NCBI RefSeq assembly: GCF_009834535.1
Contig: NC_045696.1
Coordinates: 64,606,001 to 64,670,000 of the forward strand
DNA from: Camelus ferus
Lineage: Eukaryota
Reading direction: 5' to 3'
DNA length: 64,000 nt
Within the stretch, counting starts at the first letter, position 1, and every line of letters begins with the position of its first letter. Of this stretch, positions 34,341 to 48,420 are shown one piece after another. The notes beneath the pieces were generated by a model that saw only the letters and a list, made by a program, of their open reading frames with translations, was not told where the DNA came from and made no database searches. Position numbers and translations under genes: made by a program.

Positions 34341-37039
34341 AAGTCTTTACTTTCAAAAGATATGAAATAATCTTGTGGAAAGATCATCTCGGCTCAGAGG
34401 CTGTGGAGATAGCATTTTGTGGAATTCTCCACGGTGCCCTGGCTGACCTCTGTTTATCCAGCATAGTTAGGTTGCCAGACATCAGAGTCATTAAAGTAGT
34501 CTTCCCATGAGAAAATACCATGTGAATACCTCAAAAATAGGTACAAGTTTAAGAGAACTACCAAGATCATGTCTAGACTTTTTTTTTAATTGCCCTGACA
34601 TACTAATTTATTCATTCTTCCACTGCACTGGCATCCACTGGACATGGCATTGTTGGGCGTAGGTAAAACGCTGAATAAGGCACAGTTCTGACCTTGTGAA
34701 CCTTCCACACGAGTGTGGAAGACAGACAACACTGCTCAAGATGCAATATGATAGATGCCGTAATGGAGATGTTAACAAGAGCTAGCCGCTCTGTGGGATG
34801 GAAGTGATTAAGTCTGCCTTCAAATTCATGATTGGAATTGTGTCTTAGCTCTCACGGTTCAAGCAGTAATTTCCCAGAAAAATTGTCTTGCCAATTTGTA
34901 ACTGGCCAAGTTACTAACTTCCCAGCACTGTGAGAGAGTCTTTATGGCCAGAAGGGATTTTACAAGTCATTTTTAGCTGTTTCATTTTACCTGGAAAACT
35001 GAGGCCTAGGGAGAAAAGTGGCTCAGTCCTGGTAAAGTAAGGAATAAAACTCAATTTCTTGAATCCCATACTATTTTCTGTCTTTTAAGGCATATTGAAG
35101 CCCCACCCTAAAGCCCAATTATCTATAAATATGATTAAAAATTTTAATCAGTGGCTCTGAGTCTCAGCAACCTGGAAGTACCGGTTTTGAAAACTCCTGA
35201 GGATTTCTTTACAAATTGTAGTTCAAATGACAGAGCTATGCTTTGAAAGCAGGTACAGGACTCCAGACTCTTTCATGTAACGTCACAAAGAGAGAATGGC
35301 CTGGAGTTCTCACTACTTACCTTGAAAGCAGGGCTAGTTCTTAAACTGGAAGAATAGAGCTCTTTTTATTTGCACAGGCTAATACTGATTGAATTTAAAT
35401 TCACCCAGTAGATTCAGGAGACAACTTCCCAAATGAAGCTTTGGTTGCACTATTTTACGATATATTTTTGAGATTTTCCCATGTTTACATCATCTTGAAA
35501 GCACACAACAGATGTACAGATGTAGAATTTAAACATTTTGGAGAGGCAGAGAATGTGGTCTTCAGTGAACATTTAAGAATGTAATGTATTCTGTTAAATT
35601 ATATGGTTTCATGACTTAATTAACTATTAGCAAATGCTATATTATGGGGAAGCTAGGAACTATAAAAAAACATTGTTTGATAGTTCTTTATCAGTAATAT
35701 AATACAGTATTTACATTATTCATTAAAAGCAAAACACAACAACCAGAAAGAAATCTTAACAGTGGCTTCCCAAAGTACATTAACTTTTTATATTCACAAA
35801 TAATTAGATTGTAGTTTTCTTAATAAAGTTTTTCTTGGTCCTTCTCTGCAGAGAGAAGCCTTTGCCCTCTCAACTCTCCTGCAGTGTGGGTTTCTTCCTT
35901 CACTGTAATCTGGGTACATGTCAAACTTGTTTTCTAGGCTGTGAGCATCATGAAGGCAAAGGCTACATCTTTCTTGTTTATAATCCCAGGGACTTGGCCA
36001 TATTAGGGTGATTTCTATTAACAGTAGAAAGTTAATTGAACAAAATTATAAGGCCCTTGATATATAATAATATTTACTTATTTGGTGTTCATAGCAGTTT
36101 TCATTATATCCTTGGGTATGAAGTAGCTAATGACCCAGGGTTGACACACAGCCTCCACTTCCCTTTCCTTCCTTTTTGAACATTCCTCAATCTCACCATG
36201 AGCCCAAATATAGCTCTGTAAGTAATGGATCATATTCTCTGCGACTTAACTTCTTGTTGCCCGTGGAAGACAGCTATTGATCTTCTCCCTATGAAGTCTG
36301 GTTAAGCGTAAAAACTTCCTCCTCTACCTTGTTAGAAGCTGTTTCTAAAAATGAGAAACGAAACAGTCTCTTTACTGTTCTCATCCTGTCCAGTGGGGTG
36401 TGGCATGACCTTTCATCTTTGCGCACGTGCCTTGTCCCCGTCTTGTTCTCTTCCCTCCCTTCATCCTGGATGTGGCACCAGCTGGCAGCTCCCTCCCGTG
36501 AAGACTGCTTTGCATGCCTCATATTCTAATTCTTGTCTTTAGCTACCTCGGGGAACGGGGAACGGACTGTCCTGCTCCAGACCTTTTGTGAGTGCCAGCA
36601 AAGGACTTCCCCATCAGTGGAAAGCGGTGGCATTTCCAGAGTCACGACTATCGTAACTGTTGTTCTTTAAGAAACCCTGGGATTTCTACGTTTCTGGGGT
36701 TTGGGGAGAAAGGTGTTTTAGTTCCCTCAGCTCAAAAGTAGGGGCTAAAATAAGTAATGAAAGCCTTTCTTGTCCTTGATGTCTGCATCACTTCGCTGGA
36801 CGTGCATTTCCGTGCTTTTTCTCACTTCATCTATTACTTTTGCATGGTTTATTCATCCGGTTAGTGTCAAAGTTCTTTCAAAATCAGCCTATTTATAAAC
36901 CCTTCGCAAAGTCACTAGGACAGACCCCTTTGAATCTTGGCTTAATAGGATACAAATGAGGGTCAGAGGGGAATAATTTTTTCCTTTGATTGTATCTCTG
37001 GAACAGATTGCTGTGGATTTATGTACACAGACTTAAATT

Positions 37040-37230
37040 TGTAGTAAGAAAGTCCAGGTTCAGATTTGGCTCTGTGACCTGGGATATGCCGCTTTACCTT
37101 TCTAGGCCTTAGTTTATTTTCACTGCAAGTAAATGTCCTGTCCCTGGGGCTTGGAGAAGGATTCAAGGAGAGCGGGGATGTGGAAAGTGCTTTGTAAACT
37201 ATATAGTACTATATAAAAGCAAGTTGTTAT
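37040..37230 (+). mobile_element. MIR SINE
   Basis: ccaggttcagatttggctctgtgacctgg...ggccttagttt...gaaagtgctttgtaaact. Confidence 0.65.
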
Positions 37231-40200
37231 TAATAGAGGTCTGACTATTCCCAATTGTTTCTGCTTGGTCAGTTAGTTCTGGATGAATAAATCGGGGAGG
37301 ACAGGAAGGGAGGAGGAAGCAGCACTGGGCTAGGAGTCGGGTGATCTGGAGTCTGTCCTGGTCCTGCTCAGCACTCAGTCACCGGCTTGATGTGACCTTG
37401 GCAAAGTCACTGCACCTCATGTGCTTCTATTGCGTTATTGGTAATATGAGGTGGGCTAGAGAAACGATGATATAGACTCTCTTCAACTTGGAAAAAATCT
37501 AGTTTTTTTAGCCTAGCAGATAAGAGAGTATTATTTGTTTTATGGTGTCATTTTGTTTAGATTGCTGATTCAGAAGTCTTACCCATTATGAACCAAATTC
37601 CTGTATTTTGAATACATGATTTTAAGGAATTATTTTAAAGAAGATACCAAGGCTTAATCCTTCAAGCACTGAAAAGGAGCTAATGGAATCTCCTGTCCAC
37701 TGAATTTTTCTGTTGTCCCTGGGAGGAATGTGTAATAAAGAGGAGGCTACTAACAACAGATGAGATTCTGGATGAGAAATTGATTATGTCCGTGACACCT
37801 AACACATATTTTCTTGTGATATATTCTCTAGCAACTTTAATTTTTTTCCTTCAAAAATTATTGAGTATTTGTTACAAATTTCTCACTATGCTAAGCCCTA
37901 TAGATACACAAGTGAGTGAGACAATCCCTGTTAGAAGGGATGGGTGACCTAATGTAGGAAAGAGCATAGGTTAGAAATTGTAAGAGAAGTGAAGCAAAAT
38001 TCCAATCGTGCAGGATAAGGAGAGGTTAGTTTTGCTGAGGGAGATGGAGAGAAGGTAAAAAAATGCAGCATCTTTAAAATGCTGTATAGATTATAAATGT
38101 TTTCCCATCTACTATTCTATTTAAATGTTGCACAGACTCTGAGAGGTATAGAACAAGATATCTTTTGGAAATCAATTTGAAATCCCAAAACTCCTGAAGC
38201 TCAAGGAGTGTAGAGAAAATATCAGTAAGACATACTGTTATTTTTTAAATTAAGGTGGGTGCCTATAATCAGCCCTTAAATTTCTGAAAGTTTTGCCCAA
38301 AGTGACTTGGACTATTTTTTTTTTTTATATTTGAGCATGAATATCTTCCTATTAACCATCCCCTTTTTAAATGAGGAGACTATAAGAAATGCCCTAACTT
38401 ATATAATGTAGGTATTTAAGTCTATGTATATTTTTAAGGTGAATTTATCTGATACTTAATAGCACATCGGTTTGTGATCAGAAAGCTAAAAGTAGTTCAA
38501 TTACCTAACTTGATAGATAATGAATACAGTATGCCCTTAAAAAAAAAAGTTATTTTCACCAAAGAAGTGTCTTGCCCAAGTACAAAATCAGGATTATAAT
38601 CATGGTCTCCTGGACCAGGTTTTTGCAGCCATACCACAACCCAGAGTCTGTTTAACGACTGCAGCAAGTAGACTTCTTTTGACATCAGAGATTCCAAAAG
38701 TGGTCTCAGTCTTTGTTTTGCTCTTCACACAGTATTTTTCCTTGAACGCCTTTTAAAATAATTAATGCTATGTCCGAAAGTTGCTAGAACTATGCAATGC
38801 TACCATTTTGAAGAACTGTGACTCTTGTGGCACTAAATGGTTTCAATAATGCATCTACTCAGGTATGTTAAGTGACTTCCACTCTTAAAATGAGGAAATA
38901 GGTGCTGAGAAGTCATTGCTTCTTTAGTGCCTTATTTTCAGTGACAAATCTTTTAAAAATTGAAATATGTCTTTTTATTATGATGCTACAGGGCTTTACT
39001 TAGGTTTGTTTTATTGCAAAGTAAAATTCTAATTTTATTGAATCTGAGCGCATTAAGTATAACAAATCTTAAATTTCAGTAACTGTGGGTAAAATTTATT
39101 TAAAGATGCATAATTTTCTGGGTTCATGAATGTGATCTATATGGCTATATTCTGTATTATGTAGATATTTTTAAGACATTCTGTCCATTTTTGGACTCAG
39201 CAGTTTAGAAGGACCTAGTAAAAATAGAGTATGCATGTAAAATGAGCCCTTAAATGACAGGTTAAGGAATTAAAGTTGCCTAACCTGAAAAAGGGAGAGA
39301 TCAGGAAATGTGCTAATTACCACCTTCAGGCTTCTGAGTGATATTATGAGGAACCCAATAGTTTCCCCTTCCCCTCAGAAAGGAGAGATTTTGGTTCTGT
39401 GTTAGTGGTGATGGGATGGAGCAGGGATTCAGCAATTAAGTCTTGCTGAGTCTTCATTCAACTTTAAGACAAGAGTTGATTACCATTAGGTTTTTAAGTT
39501 ACCTTACGTCCGAATACAGTGATCTCACAAGTCATCTTTAAGTTCTGTTGTTACCTTTGGGGCAGAGAGATTCAAACAAATTTCTTTTGCAATGAAAACG
39601 ATCCAGTACAATGAAATAACTGATTCCGAAGACGTGGGAATTTCTCACCAACCCCTCATGCTACAGCCAAGGAGCTGGAAGCTCAGAGAGAGAGGGGTGG
39701 GGACGGAACTTGCGTGGAGCGCTGTAGACTGTTACGTCAGGGCTTTCCCGCCCCTCTGCCCTACTTCTGAGTACTTGACTTTCATGATCTAATGTGCAAG
39801 TGGAGTTGCTCGGTCACCACACAAAGTTAATGATTGGGAGGGAAGGTCAGGCTCAGGGTAACTTGGGAAATGTACCTCTTTCCAAGTAGTGAGGTGATGA
39901 CTTATTCTGTTAGGTCAGTGGCTTTCTGCCAGTGTGGAAAAGGACGAATAGATTTGTTGATTAGCAGTTAGAAATTATGAAATTTTTGTTATGTCCCGAG
40001 ATCATTACGCTCCTCTCTCACAAGCTAGAAATGAGTGTGTAGGAGTAGGTGTCTTGCACCCCACCACAACTGTTATTACTTAGTTATTAGTTGGAATTTT
40101 TCACACCCAGCAGTAATGTCAGCATCCCACCAGGTACGGCTTTCTGAGAGCCGTGATCACCAACCGACTTACTTCTTTTCTGTGACTTCAAATTGCATAG

Positions 40201-41379
40201 GAAAGGAAAGGGCAGAGAGGTCCAAACAGGCTTCCTTGTTGTGAAGAACACTAAGTACAACAAAATGCCAGAGTTGCAAATGGCATGGATGTGACTTTAC
40301 CCGACCTCTCATCTGACAGATGTAGAATATGAACCCAGAAAAAAAAGATGTGACTGGTATTTGGTGGCAGGTGACCATTAGAAACCAGAAATGAAAAGAA
40401 AGAAAACTTTTGTAGGTTACAAATGTGTTACGGGTCTCCATCGGGAGATAGTGATGGCAGGTTTCTAAAGACTTAAGACGAAGTTGTCACACACATGTTC
40501 AGACAGGATGAGGGAAGACATCTCATAACACATAATTCTCTTACAGTATTAACGTAAAAGTTTTTCTGAAAGGGTTGAAAGGAATTAATATTTTAAGAGG
40601 GAAAAGAGTATGATGAGCATCCACAGAGGTTGAGGGGGTGCTGACAACAACTCAGTCTTCTCACCAGTGTTGTATGGTTTCTCGTTAAAAAATAGGAGGG
40701 ATTATCACCTTTGGGGAGAACATGAAAAAAAAAAAAACAGTGAGCTCTCTGTTGCCATTTGATCATCTTTGGCAAGCATCTGGCCTCAAATCTCCTGAGA
40801 ACCCCAGGTAAATGGTGGAGCTGGCAGGGATATTAGAGTTCATCATTCCTGCTCAGTGTAGGACTCTAATCCATCTTTTGGATTAATATTTAAATTTTCA
40901 TTAAATCTTTGTCTTTTCTCTCCTTGCTCTTGGTAGCAAGCAAGCACTATTGGAGCCAAAGTCTGTGTTTAGTTGCCTTCATGGCCTTCAGGTCTTAAGG
41001 ACAGTGTCCCCCACACAGTTAATACTCAGTTCATGTTTTTGTTACGATTGCTGTGTGTGAAACTTCACTGTTCTTTCTTTTGGTGTTAGGTCATGTTGGT
41101 GTTTGGAAGAGACTTAAGAATCTGGTGTAATTCCTACATTTTATAGTAGAGACCAAGACTAGGACGGGTCCCTATATAAATTTATGTAGCTACATAGACA
41201 CAGACCATAAACAGAACTTAGACATATCACCTTTTTTATCTCTCGGTCCAGAACACCAAATCTGTAAGTAAACAATTTTAGTAGAAAAATTCATACATGC
41301 AGTTTTGATGAGCAGCCGTATTACCTGAAATTCAAGACTTTAGTAACCCCATTATTAAAGTAGTTGATTTAAGATTTAC

Positions 41380-41885
41380 TTCATTCATTAACATTTCTTA
41401 GAACCCGTTGTGTGCTAAGCACTGGTTTACATAGGAAAGTGAAGAAAATCAATGCAGTTTCCTGATTTCATGGAGTTTGTCCTGTGTTGTGAGTGAGAAA
41501 CAATCAATATTCAGATAATAAAAATAATAAAGTAAAAATAAATTAAATAAATAAATAAATAAAATTAAAATAAAAATACCATGGAAAAAAAAGTTAGAAG
41601 GGTGAGTAGGGAATTCTAGGAGGCACTGAGGGGTTCATTGAGGGTTTTAATTAGGTCATGGAAGGCCTCACTGAAGAGGTAACATTTGGGCAAGGACCTG
41701 AACTAGGTAAGGGATCAAGCAGTGAGCAAGCAAGGGCCCATCTGGGGGAACAGCATTCAGATGGAGGGAATAGCCAGTGCAAAGACTCTGAGGTGGGACT
41801 GTGCCTGCCAGGTTTGTTAAGTAGCAGGGAGGCCTTTGGAGTCAGGCAGGAGAGAACACTGGAGTTGAGGGTTGGGGAGGCCACG
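41380..41885 (-). mobile_element. L2 LINE 3' part, with an A-rich simple repeat at ~41516-41578
   Basis: ttcattcattaacatttc...tgtgctaagcactgg; ggaaggcctcactgaagaggtaacatttgggcaaggacctgaa; tagccagtgcaaagactctgagg. Confidence 0.8.
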
Positions 41886-44800
41886 GTACGTCTCTGTCCT
41901 CCTGTCCTATTTCTCCTGCTGGTGGCCTCCACCGCAGTCAGCTCTCAGATATACAAGAGGACACCCCTGGGACTAGCCAGCCCACCCCCTCCCTTACGTA
42001 GGGTGCTTTCCGCCATGACCAGCTCCTTCAGACAGCAAACCCCTGAGTCTGCTGGGTTAACAGTGAGTGCTCCAGCCCTCTGAGCTGGGGCTGGGAGTTG
42101 ACCTGCTTGAGAATGCCCTTGTATACCGGAAGTCTGTGACAGTACAGATAATTTCCCCTTGGAAAATGTGGACATCTTCTGGCTGATAGGAGAGACAGAA
42201 ATGCAAATGAGTTTGCAAGAGGGGGAATTCTCTCCATCCCAGTTTCCAAAAGCAAGTTGAGTCCAGTGGATACCCCTGAAGAACTGCTGGAGACCCAGAC
42301 CCTGTTTCGTTTTTAAAGGAGCTGTGTGTTTTTCCACAAGGTTCCTCAGAGCCCCCACAAATAGCCTTTGGGGATTCATTGCATTACTAAGTCTCTGCAT
42401 TAGCCTGCTTCTTCTGGAAAAAACTAATCCCACTGCTTCTGTCAGCAGGAGAAGCCAGCCCTTGGGCTGGAACCAACCACACTGAGAACAAACTGAGAGG
42501 TGGGGGAGAGCGGGGAAGCCCTAAAAAACAGTTTCCGATCTTCAGGGGGGGTGGTGCCAGCACCCCTGGGAAATGCTCTGCTTAGGTAGACCCAGAGAAA
42601 GCACCCGTGTCTATTAGTGCCCATCATAACAGCTTTCATTAATACATTGCTCTTTACAAAGCATTTCTCTAGCCCTCATCTCATTGTCTCCTCTGCAATC
42701 CAAATGGCCTTGTTATCAAGATGATGTCTAGAAACCAGCAGCTCTGCATCCCCCAGGAGCTTTTCAGAAATGCTCCATGCAGACCTACTAAGGTAAAATT
42801 TGCATTTACTAAGACCCTTAATCCTTTAAAGTTTAAGAAATTTTGCTACGTGGTCCATAAGACAGCCACTTCTCCCCATCACAGTCAGGAAATGGAGGCG
42901 CAGCATGGTCAGGTGACTGCAGCAGGGTCGCCCACTTTGTAATGGCGAAGTGAGACCTCATACCCAGGCTTTGTGCCTCCTGGTCCAGCAATCTCGAGAT
43001 TGCCATCACTTCTTCCCTCTCTGTAATCCCTCTGCAGCTTACCTGCGACATACTAGCTGCAAAAGAATGGCAACCTGTCTTCTTGGAAGCTAGGCTATTA
43101 CTTTGTTCTCTCCATCGACGTCCCTGGGCCCCTCCCTCATCTGCTTGCTGCTTCTAGAAATGCAAACACCCTGAGAAGCTCTGCAGCATTGCCCACAAGG
43201 AGCCAGTAACCAGAGAATCTGGTAAGAATTGCTGGCATCAGCCACTTGCACTGGGCTTCTCTGCAAAACCTTTCCAGCTTCACTGAAAGAGAGGGGTACA
43301 AATTCAGAGCAAGACAACCGAGGGAACACAGCTGGGACATTCTGATGGGTACGAGTGGGTTTTTCCACTCTTGCTCACGGTTATAGGACGGCCAGTGACG
43401 TCTGGCTCAGTATGATGGAAAGATGAGTTGAAGCGCTTATGGCTGCAGAGCGCGCCCCAGTCTGCAGAGCGCTCCCCAAGCCCGCCATTCACCACAGCTT
43501 AGTGCAGTCTGGAAAATGCTCACATTCCCGTTTTAAGGCTGTAAAACTATGTCTAGATGTCTCTTACGTGCACGCAGAAAGTGAGTGCTTCATCCTTTTG
43601 CTGACTAACTGACCCAACAGGTAGGCAAAACCGAGTCTCTTAGTAAACAACACTTCATCTTCAGGAATCATGCTTCGGGTGAGGAAGGGTTCTAACAGAA
43701 TTGTAAAGCTGTGACTCATAGATCCTGAGCTATGATTCTTAAAGTAACTAAAGCTCACTAAGCCCCCAGGGAATCTTCATGTTGTATTAGCTCAGTCAAA
43801 AATGATACGTTTACTGTGATCCTACTGTGTGCGTGCTGGTCCCCACAGCAGGTGGTAGGAAGGGCTCAGTAATGAATGAGATCCTCTGGGAGAGCCTGCC
43901 AGTTAACGAACGTACATACATGTATAGGACCCACTCTAATTGGAGACGAAGGGACACACCTCCCTCCACCCAAAGAATGGAGGCTTAATCTTTGGAGCAA
44001 CATTTGAGTTCCTTCATGACAGAAGGGTAGGCTTTGGACATTCAGAGTCTCCAGAGTAGGGAACTTCATGGGGGGTGGGTCAGCGTGCACAAAGGTTTGT
44101 CTTTGGAGCAGCAAACGAACAATGCATTGAATATGTCTTGTAATCTATTAAGTCAGGGGCAAAAGAAATAAGCTTTTATTTTCTTTCAACTAAATCAATC
44201 TAAATATGAGTTTCTTTCCCTCTCCCTGTTGGGAAATTCATTTTTGGGCCTCGTTCCCCTCCTAAGGGGTGGGGTCAGGGTCCTGCCTGGGTCTTATCCT
44301 TGACCGCTGTCTGTCGAGGCACGAGAATCTTTACTGCTACCAAGAGCTCTTCTTTGCCTGGGGTTCTGCTCGCCAGGCAGCCCTCACTCCCCAGAGCATA
44401 GCTGCTCCCTCCACCTGCTTCCCCTCCACACTCTCCTCCATGTGGCTTCAGTCCTGGGGGAAATTTTTCCCTCTCATCTAGATGTTCTTACGAGACCCTT
44501 TTCATAGTCTCCTCCATGATTTTGTTCTTTTCCAAGAGCTAAGATCCTCAGATAGCTTCTGTTTTCCTTGCTGGAAAAATCCCTGAGTTGAGGAAGCACT
44601 ACCTGAAATGACCTACTTCACATAGCGAAGGAGAAGAAGAAATGCAAGTTAATATTTCAGTAAACAGCCGCCCACCTTCAGAGTTCCTGGGCGTGAGGTG
44701 GGCGAAGGATGACGGTGGGTGCTCCCCAGGGATGCTTTGTTGGGGGTGGGGAAGAGGAAGCAGGGGGCCCCTTCCACTGACTCCTTGGCTTGACTGACTG

Positions 44801-45764
44801 AGACCACAGAGCCAATATTTTGATCAGGACCTCAACTTTCCAAACCCTTTCATCATAGATGAACTTGCCTCTGCCTGCCTGTTCAGGACAAGAACTGGCT
44901 CTCCCTTCATTTAATAAGCTGGTCAGCTTTTCCCCTGGATCCTGTCACCTCCTGTGTCCTGTGGGGGCTGCGTCAGCACCACAGCCCCTGGTCTCTGGGC
45001 TTTTCATCCCCTCTCTCTGCTGACTTGGCTTATCAGCCTGCTCAACTCTGTCCTACTGAAAAACCACACCGGCGTGAAAAGTCCGCTTTCCCGTCCATCT
45101 CTTTCTAGTTCCTTCCTTACCTCTCTCCTTTCTTCATGACGTCCCTGATTGTGCCGCTGACTTTTGCCTCCGGGATGGAGGAGTGTCTGGGAAACGGCCT
45201 GGGCAGCTCCAGTCTTGGAGAGACACGTGGGCCCTGCTGCTTCCTGTAAATTCTCAAAAAATATGTTGTCAGCCTAAGTCTCAAGTTTGTAATTTCTAAA
45301 ATGATAACAGAGAGGCCAGTCTTGAAGTCCTCTTGTCAGGATTCAGGAAAAATGTAGGTAAACCGCTTAACACAGTCCTGGCATAGCACGTGCACTGAAG
45401 GCACGGCTATTATCATTCACACTCGTGGTGTCCTTGGCCCGAAAACCTGTCCTCTCCCTCGCGCATCCCTCCCGGTTACCTGGCGGACTTCGGCTTCTCC
45501 TTTACTACGCTGTCCTGTGCTGGTACCTGCTCCCACCCCTCCCCTCCCCTCCCCTCCTAGTCCAGTGTATCCTCACCAGTCTCACAGCACCTGGGGAGTT
45601 GCCTTGAGCGATGTTGGATCGTCTGCCTCCATCTCAGCAGTGCTTTGGGGGCTCCTTGAGGACAGTGACTGTGGTGTCAAGTCTCCCATCTCCACGCCCT
45701 CATTCAGGACCTGACATGTTGTGAACACTCAAATGTTTGCTGAATTTAGTTCTGTTTCACAAAT

Positions 45765-45955
45765 ATTTTAATAATGCTTGTTCTGTGCCAGGCACTTGAG
45801 AGATATTAATTTGCTAATCTTCATAACAACACTCTGAGGTGGGCACTACTGTCGTCATTCTATCGATAAGGAAACTGAGGCACAGGGAGGTTAAGTTGCC
45901 CAACACCACACAGCAGTAAGTAGGGGAGCTGAGATTTGAACCCAGGCCGTAGCCG
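45765..45955 (-). mobile_element. MIR SINE
   Basis: gataaggaaactgaggcacagggaggttaagttgcccaac...gagctgagatttgaacccaggc. Confidence 0.85.
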
Positions 45956-46676
45956 TCAACCATTTCTGGGTTTAATACTTTCTGCCCTGGGGTAATAGGA
46001 TAGGCCCTGTCTGCTTGAAGATTATCATGAAGACTATAAAAGGCATCAGTGAACTTTGTAAATTGCAAAATGTTGAATAAATAAGGGAGATGAGTTCTTT
46101 GATTCATGTTGAAAGTGCTGTAAAATGTACATCACGACGCTGACAAAAAAGAGATCGATGTGATGGTGACACTTAATGAAAATCGGATGATTATTGTCAC
46201 AATACTTTCTTTACCCAGATTTTAAATTACTGAAAGAAGAAACTACTATTCATATTTTCTTTACCATCAAAGGAAAGCAAAATACGGAGAAGAGTTTAAC
46301 ATGTCACCTCTGGAGTGCAGTACCACAGTCTTTTTCCTGCAAGGATCAGTTCCACTTGTGAGCAGCTGTTTAGAGCAGATGAACTTCCTAAAATGGCCCT
46401 GGAGAGAAAAAAGCAAACAGGCAGCTGCTTGACCTTTTTCCAAATGAAAAAACAAACCCTGATCAGTTGGTTTTGATTGGCACGTGTGGAGGCTTTCATC
46501 AGTTTTTATACCAAATCACCCGTGATGATTACTCACTGCTCACTAACGTTATACCACCGGTCTTGTGGCTCTGATGTGTGTTTCCGTTTTAGCTCCATAA
46601 ACAGTCAGCTGTGGACAGCAGGTGCTGGTGCTGTGCCAGGGCTGACCTACGGGGAGAGGCAAGAGAAAGTGTTCTT

Positions 46677-46849
46677 AGTGTTTCTACAGATCACCTGTGC
46701 TGGGATTATCTGGAAGGGTTGAATCAGGCAGGTTTGGGGGACCCACCCTGGACCATGGGCTCAGAATCTCTGGGAGAGGATTCCAAGGTGCTGTGTTGAG
46801 AGCAAGCACCCCCAGTGTGACTTGTAGAACAACACAATTTAAGTGTCAC
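46677..46849. mobile_element. MER5B-like MITE abutting an MLT1 LTR
   Basis: gacccaccctggacc...tcagaatctctgggag...caagcacccccagtgtga. Confidence 0.5.
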
Positions 46850-47245
46850 TGTCTTGGCTCAAGCTGCCTTCACAAAACACCACAGACTAGGTAGCTTAAA
46901 AACAACAGACATTCCCTTCTCACTGGTTCTGGAGGCTGGGAAGTCCAGGATAAAGGTGCCAGCAAGGTCTGGATCCCATGAAGGCCTGCCTTCTGGCTTG
47001 TAGACAAACACCACCTTCTTATTGTGTGCTCACGTGGCCTTTCCTCTGTACGAGCATGGAGGGAGGGAGGGACTGAATCTCTTTTTCTTCATGAAAGGAC
47101 ACTAATCCCATCGTGAGGACCCCACCCTCCTAACCTCTTCTAAACCCAGTCACCTCCCACAGCCCCAGCCTCCAAACACCATCACACTGGGGGTTAGGGC
47201 TTCAACAAATGAATTTCAGGAGGGACACACATTCAGCCCATTACA
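46850..47245 (-). mobile_element. MaLR solo LTR, MLT1B-like
   Basis: TG...CA ends; gttctggaggctgggaagtccaggataaaggtgcc; ggggttagggcttcaacaaatgaattt...acattcagcccattaca. Confidence 0.88.
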
Positions 47246-47929
47246 ACCACTGAGGTGGGACCGTGGCCTTTGACAGTGTCATGGAGGGTGGGAGGCTCTA
47301 GGACTTCATCTGACATTTCCCTGAAGATTGACAGATTCTCTTCTTCCTGCTGGTTGTAATTGATTCGTTGATGTTTAGAACCGCCCAGGAGCTTAGAGAC
47401 TGAGTTTGCATTGGAACAAAAAGATATTCTGTATTTGTTTTGGCTCAGTTGTGTCAGTGATTTCATTTTTGTTCCCTGTGCCTTAGTAGGAAGGATGTTC
47501 TGGATGACCAACATTTGAGTTGCTCGAGGATGATAAAAGTAAGCCTGGCAGAGCAATGGTTAAAGAGGTGATGTCTTAGGCAGGGCTGTGGTCACCTCCT
47601 GAATGAAGGCAGCTGCCCCCTGGAAACTTTTCCCCCCAGACTTTGTAACAGCTGCTTAATATAGCAGGGAAATGCTTCTTTTTAAAACCCTGTTAGGAGG
47701 TACCGGTGCAGATGAGTGTGTCCTCTCTGACATCTTGGAACAGTTTTTCCTGTCATTGATCACCCCAGCATAATAACCATGATTTTACAATGATGGCAGC
47801 AGCAGATCTCTTGAAATCACCTAACGCTTTGGCTGCTGCCAGAGCACGCCGCCAACTCTCAGTGTTTGTAGGTGTTTGGGATCCAATCCTTTGTCTAAGG
47901 ACACAGACTCTATTACCCGGTAGGTACAT

Positions 47930-48420
47930 CACATGCGATGCTGCAATTCAGCTCTGACCTTCAGCCCCTCGGTTCAGCCCCTCTCTCTTGAGGAAATCAT
48001 CCACTCCTTGTCTTCCCCTGGCTGCTATATTCCTATGGCTTGTATGTCTCTAGGTCAGAACTTTCTCCTGAACTTCAGACTCAGCACCCCTCAGACTCTG
48101 CTGGCCCAGATGGAGGTCTTGATTTTCTGCCCAGTCGCTTGCCTTCCCCTATTTTCTGTCTTGCCAAATAGCACCAGCTTCCCAGATGCTCACAGCAGAA
48201 ATGTAGTTATCCTCAGGCCCCTTCTTTCCTCACCCAGTCTGACCCCATGCACACCTCTGTCACCTCTAGTTTAAAGTACAATGTCCCTCTAGCTCTGTTC
48301 AGTTCAGATGCGCATCCCCTCTAAACTTGTCTCCTGAGACGGTTGCCTCTCTGGTCTCCCTTCTTCCGACGGTGCCCCTTCTCCCTGCTGCGTCTACAGT
48401 AAAACACAAATTCTGTGCTC
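47930..48420 (+). mobile_element. L2 LINE internal fragment
   Basis: agaactttctcctgaacttcagactc...aaatagcaccagcttcccagatgctca...gttatcctc, collinear with L2. Confidence 0.6.

Noticed and set aside
41658..42433. 141-aa (+) and 162-aa (-) ORFs
   Set aside because: The first starts in L2 sequence; neither resembles a known protein or shows convincing exon structure.
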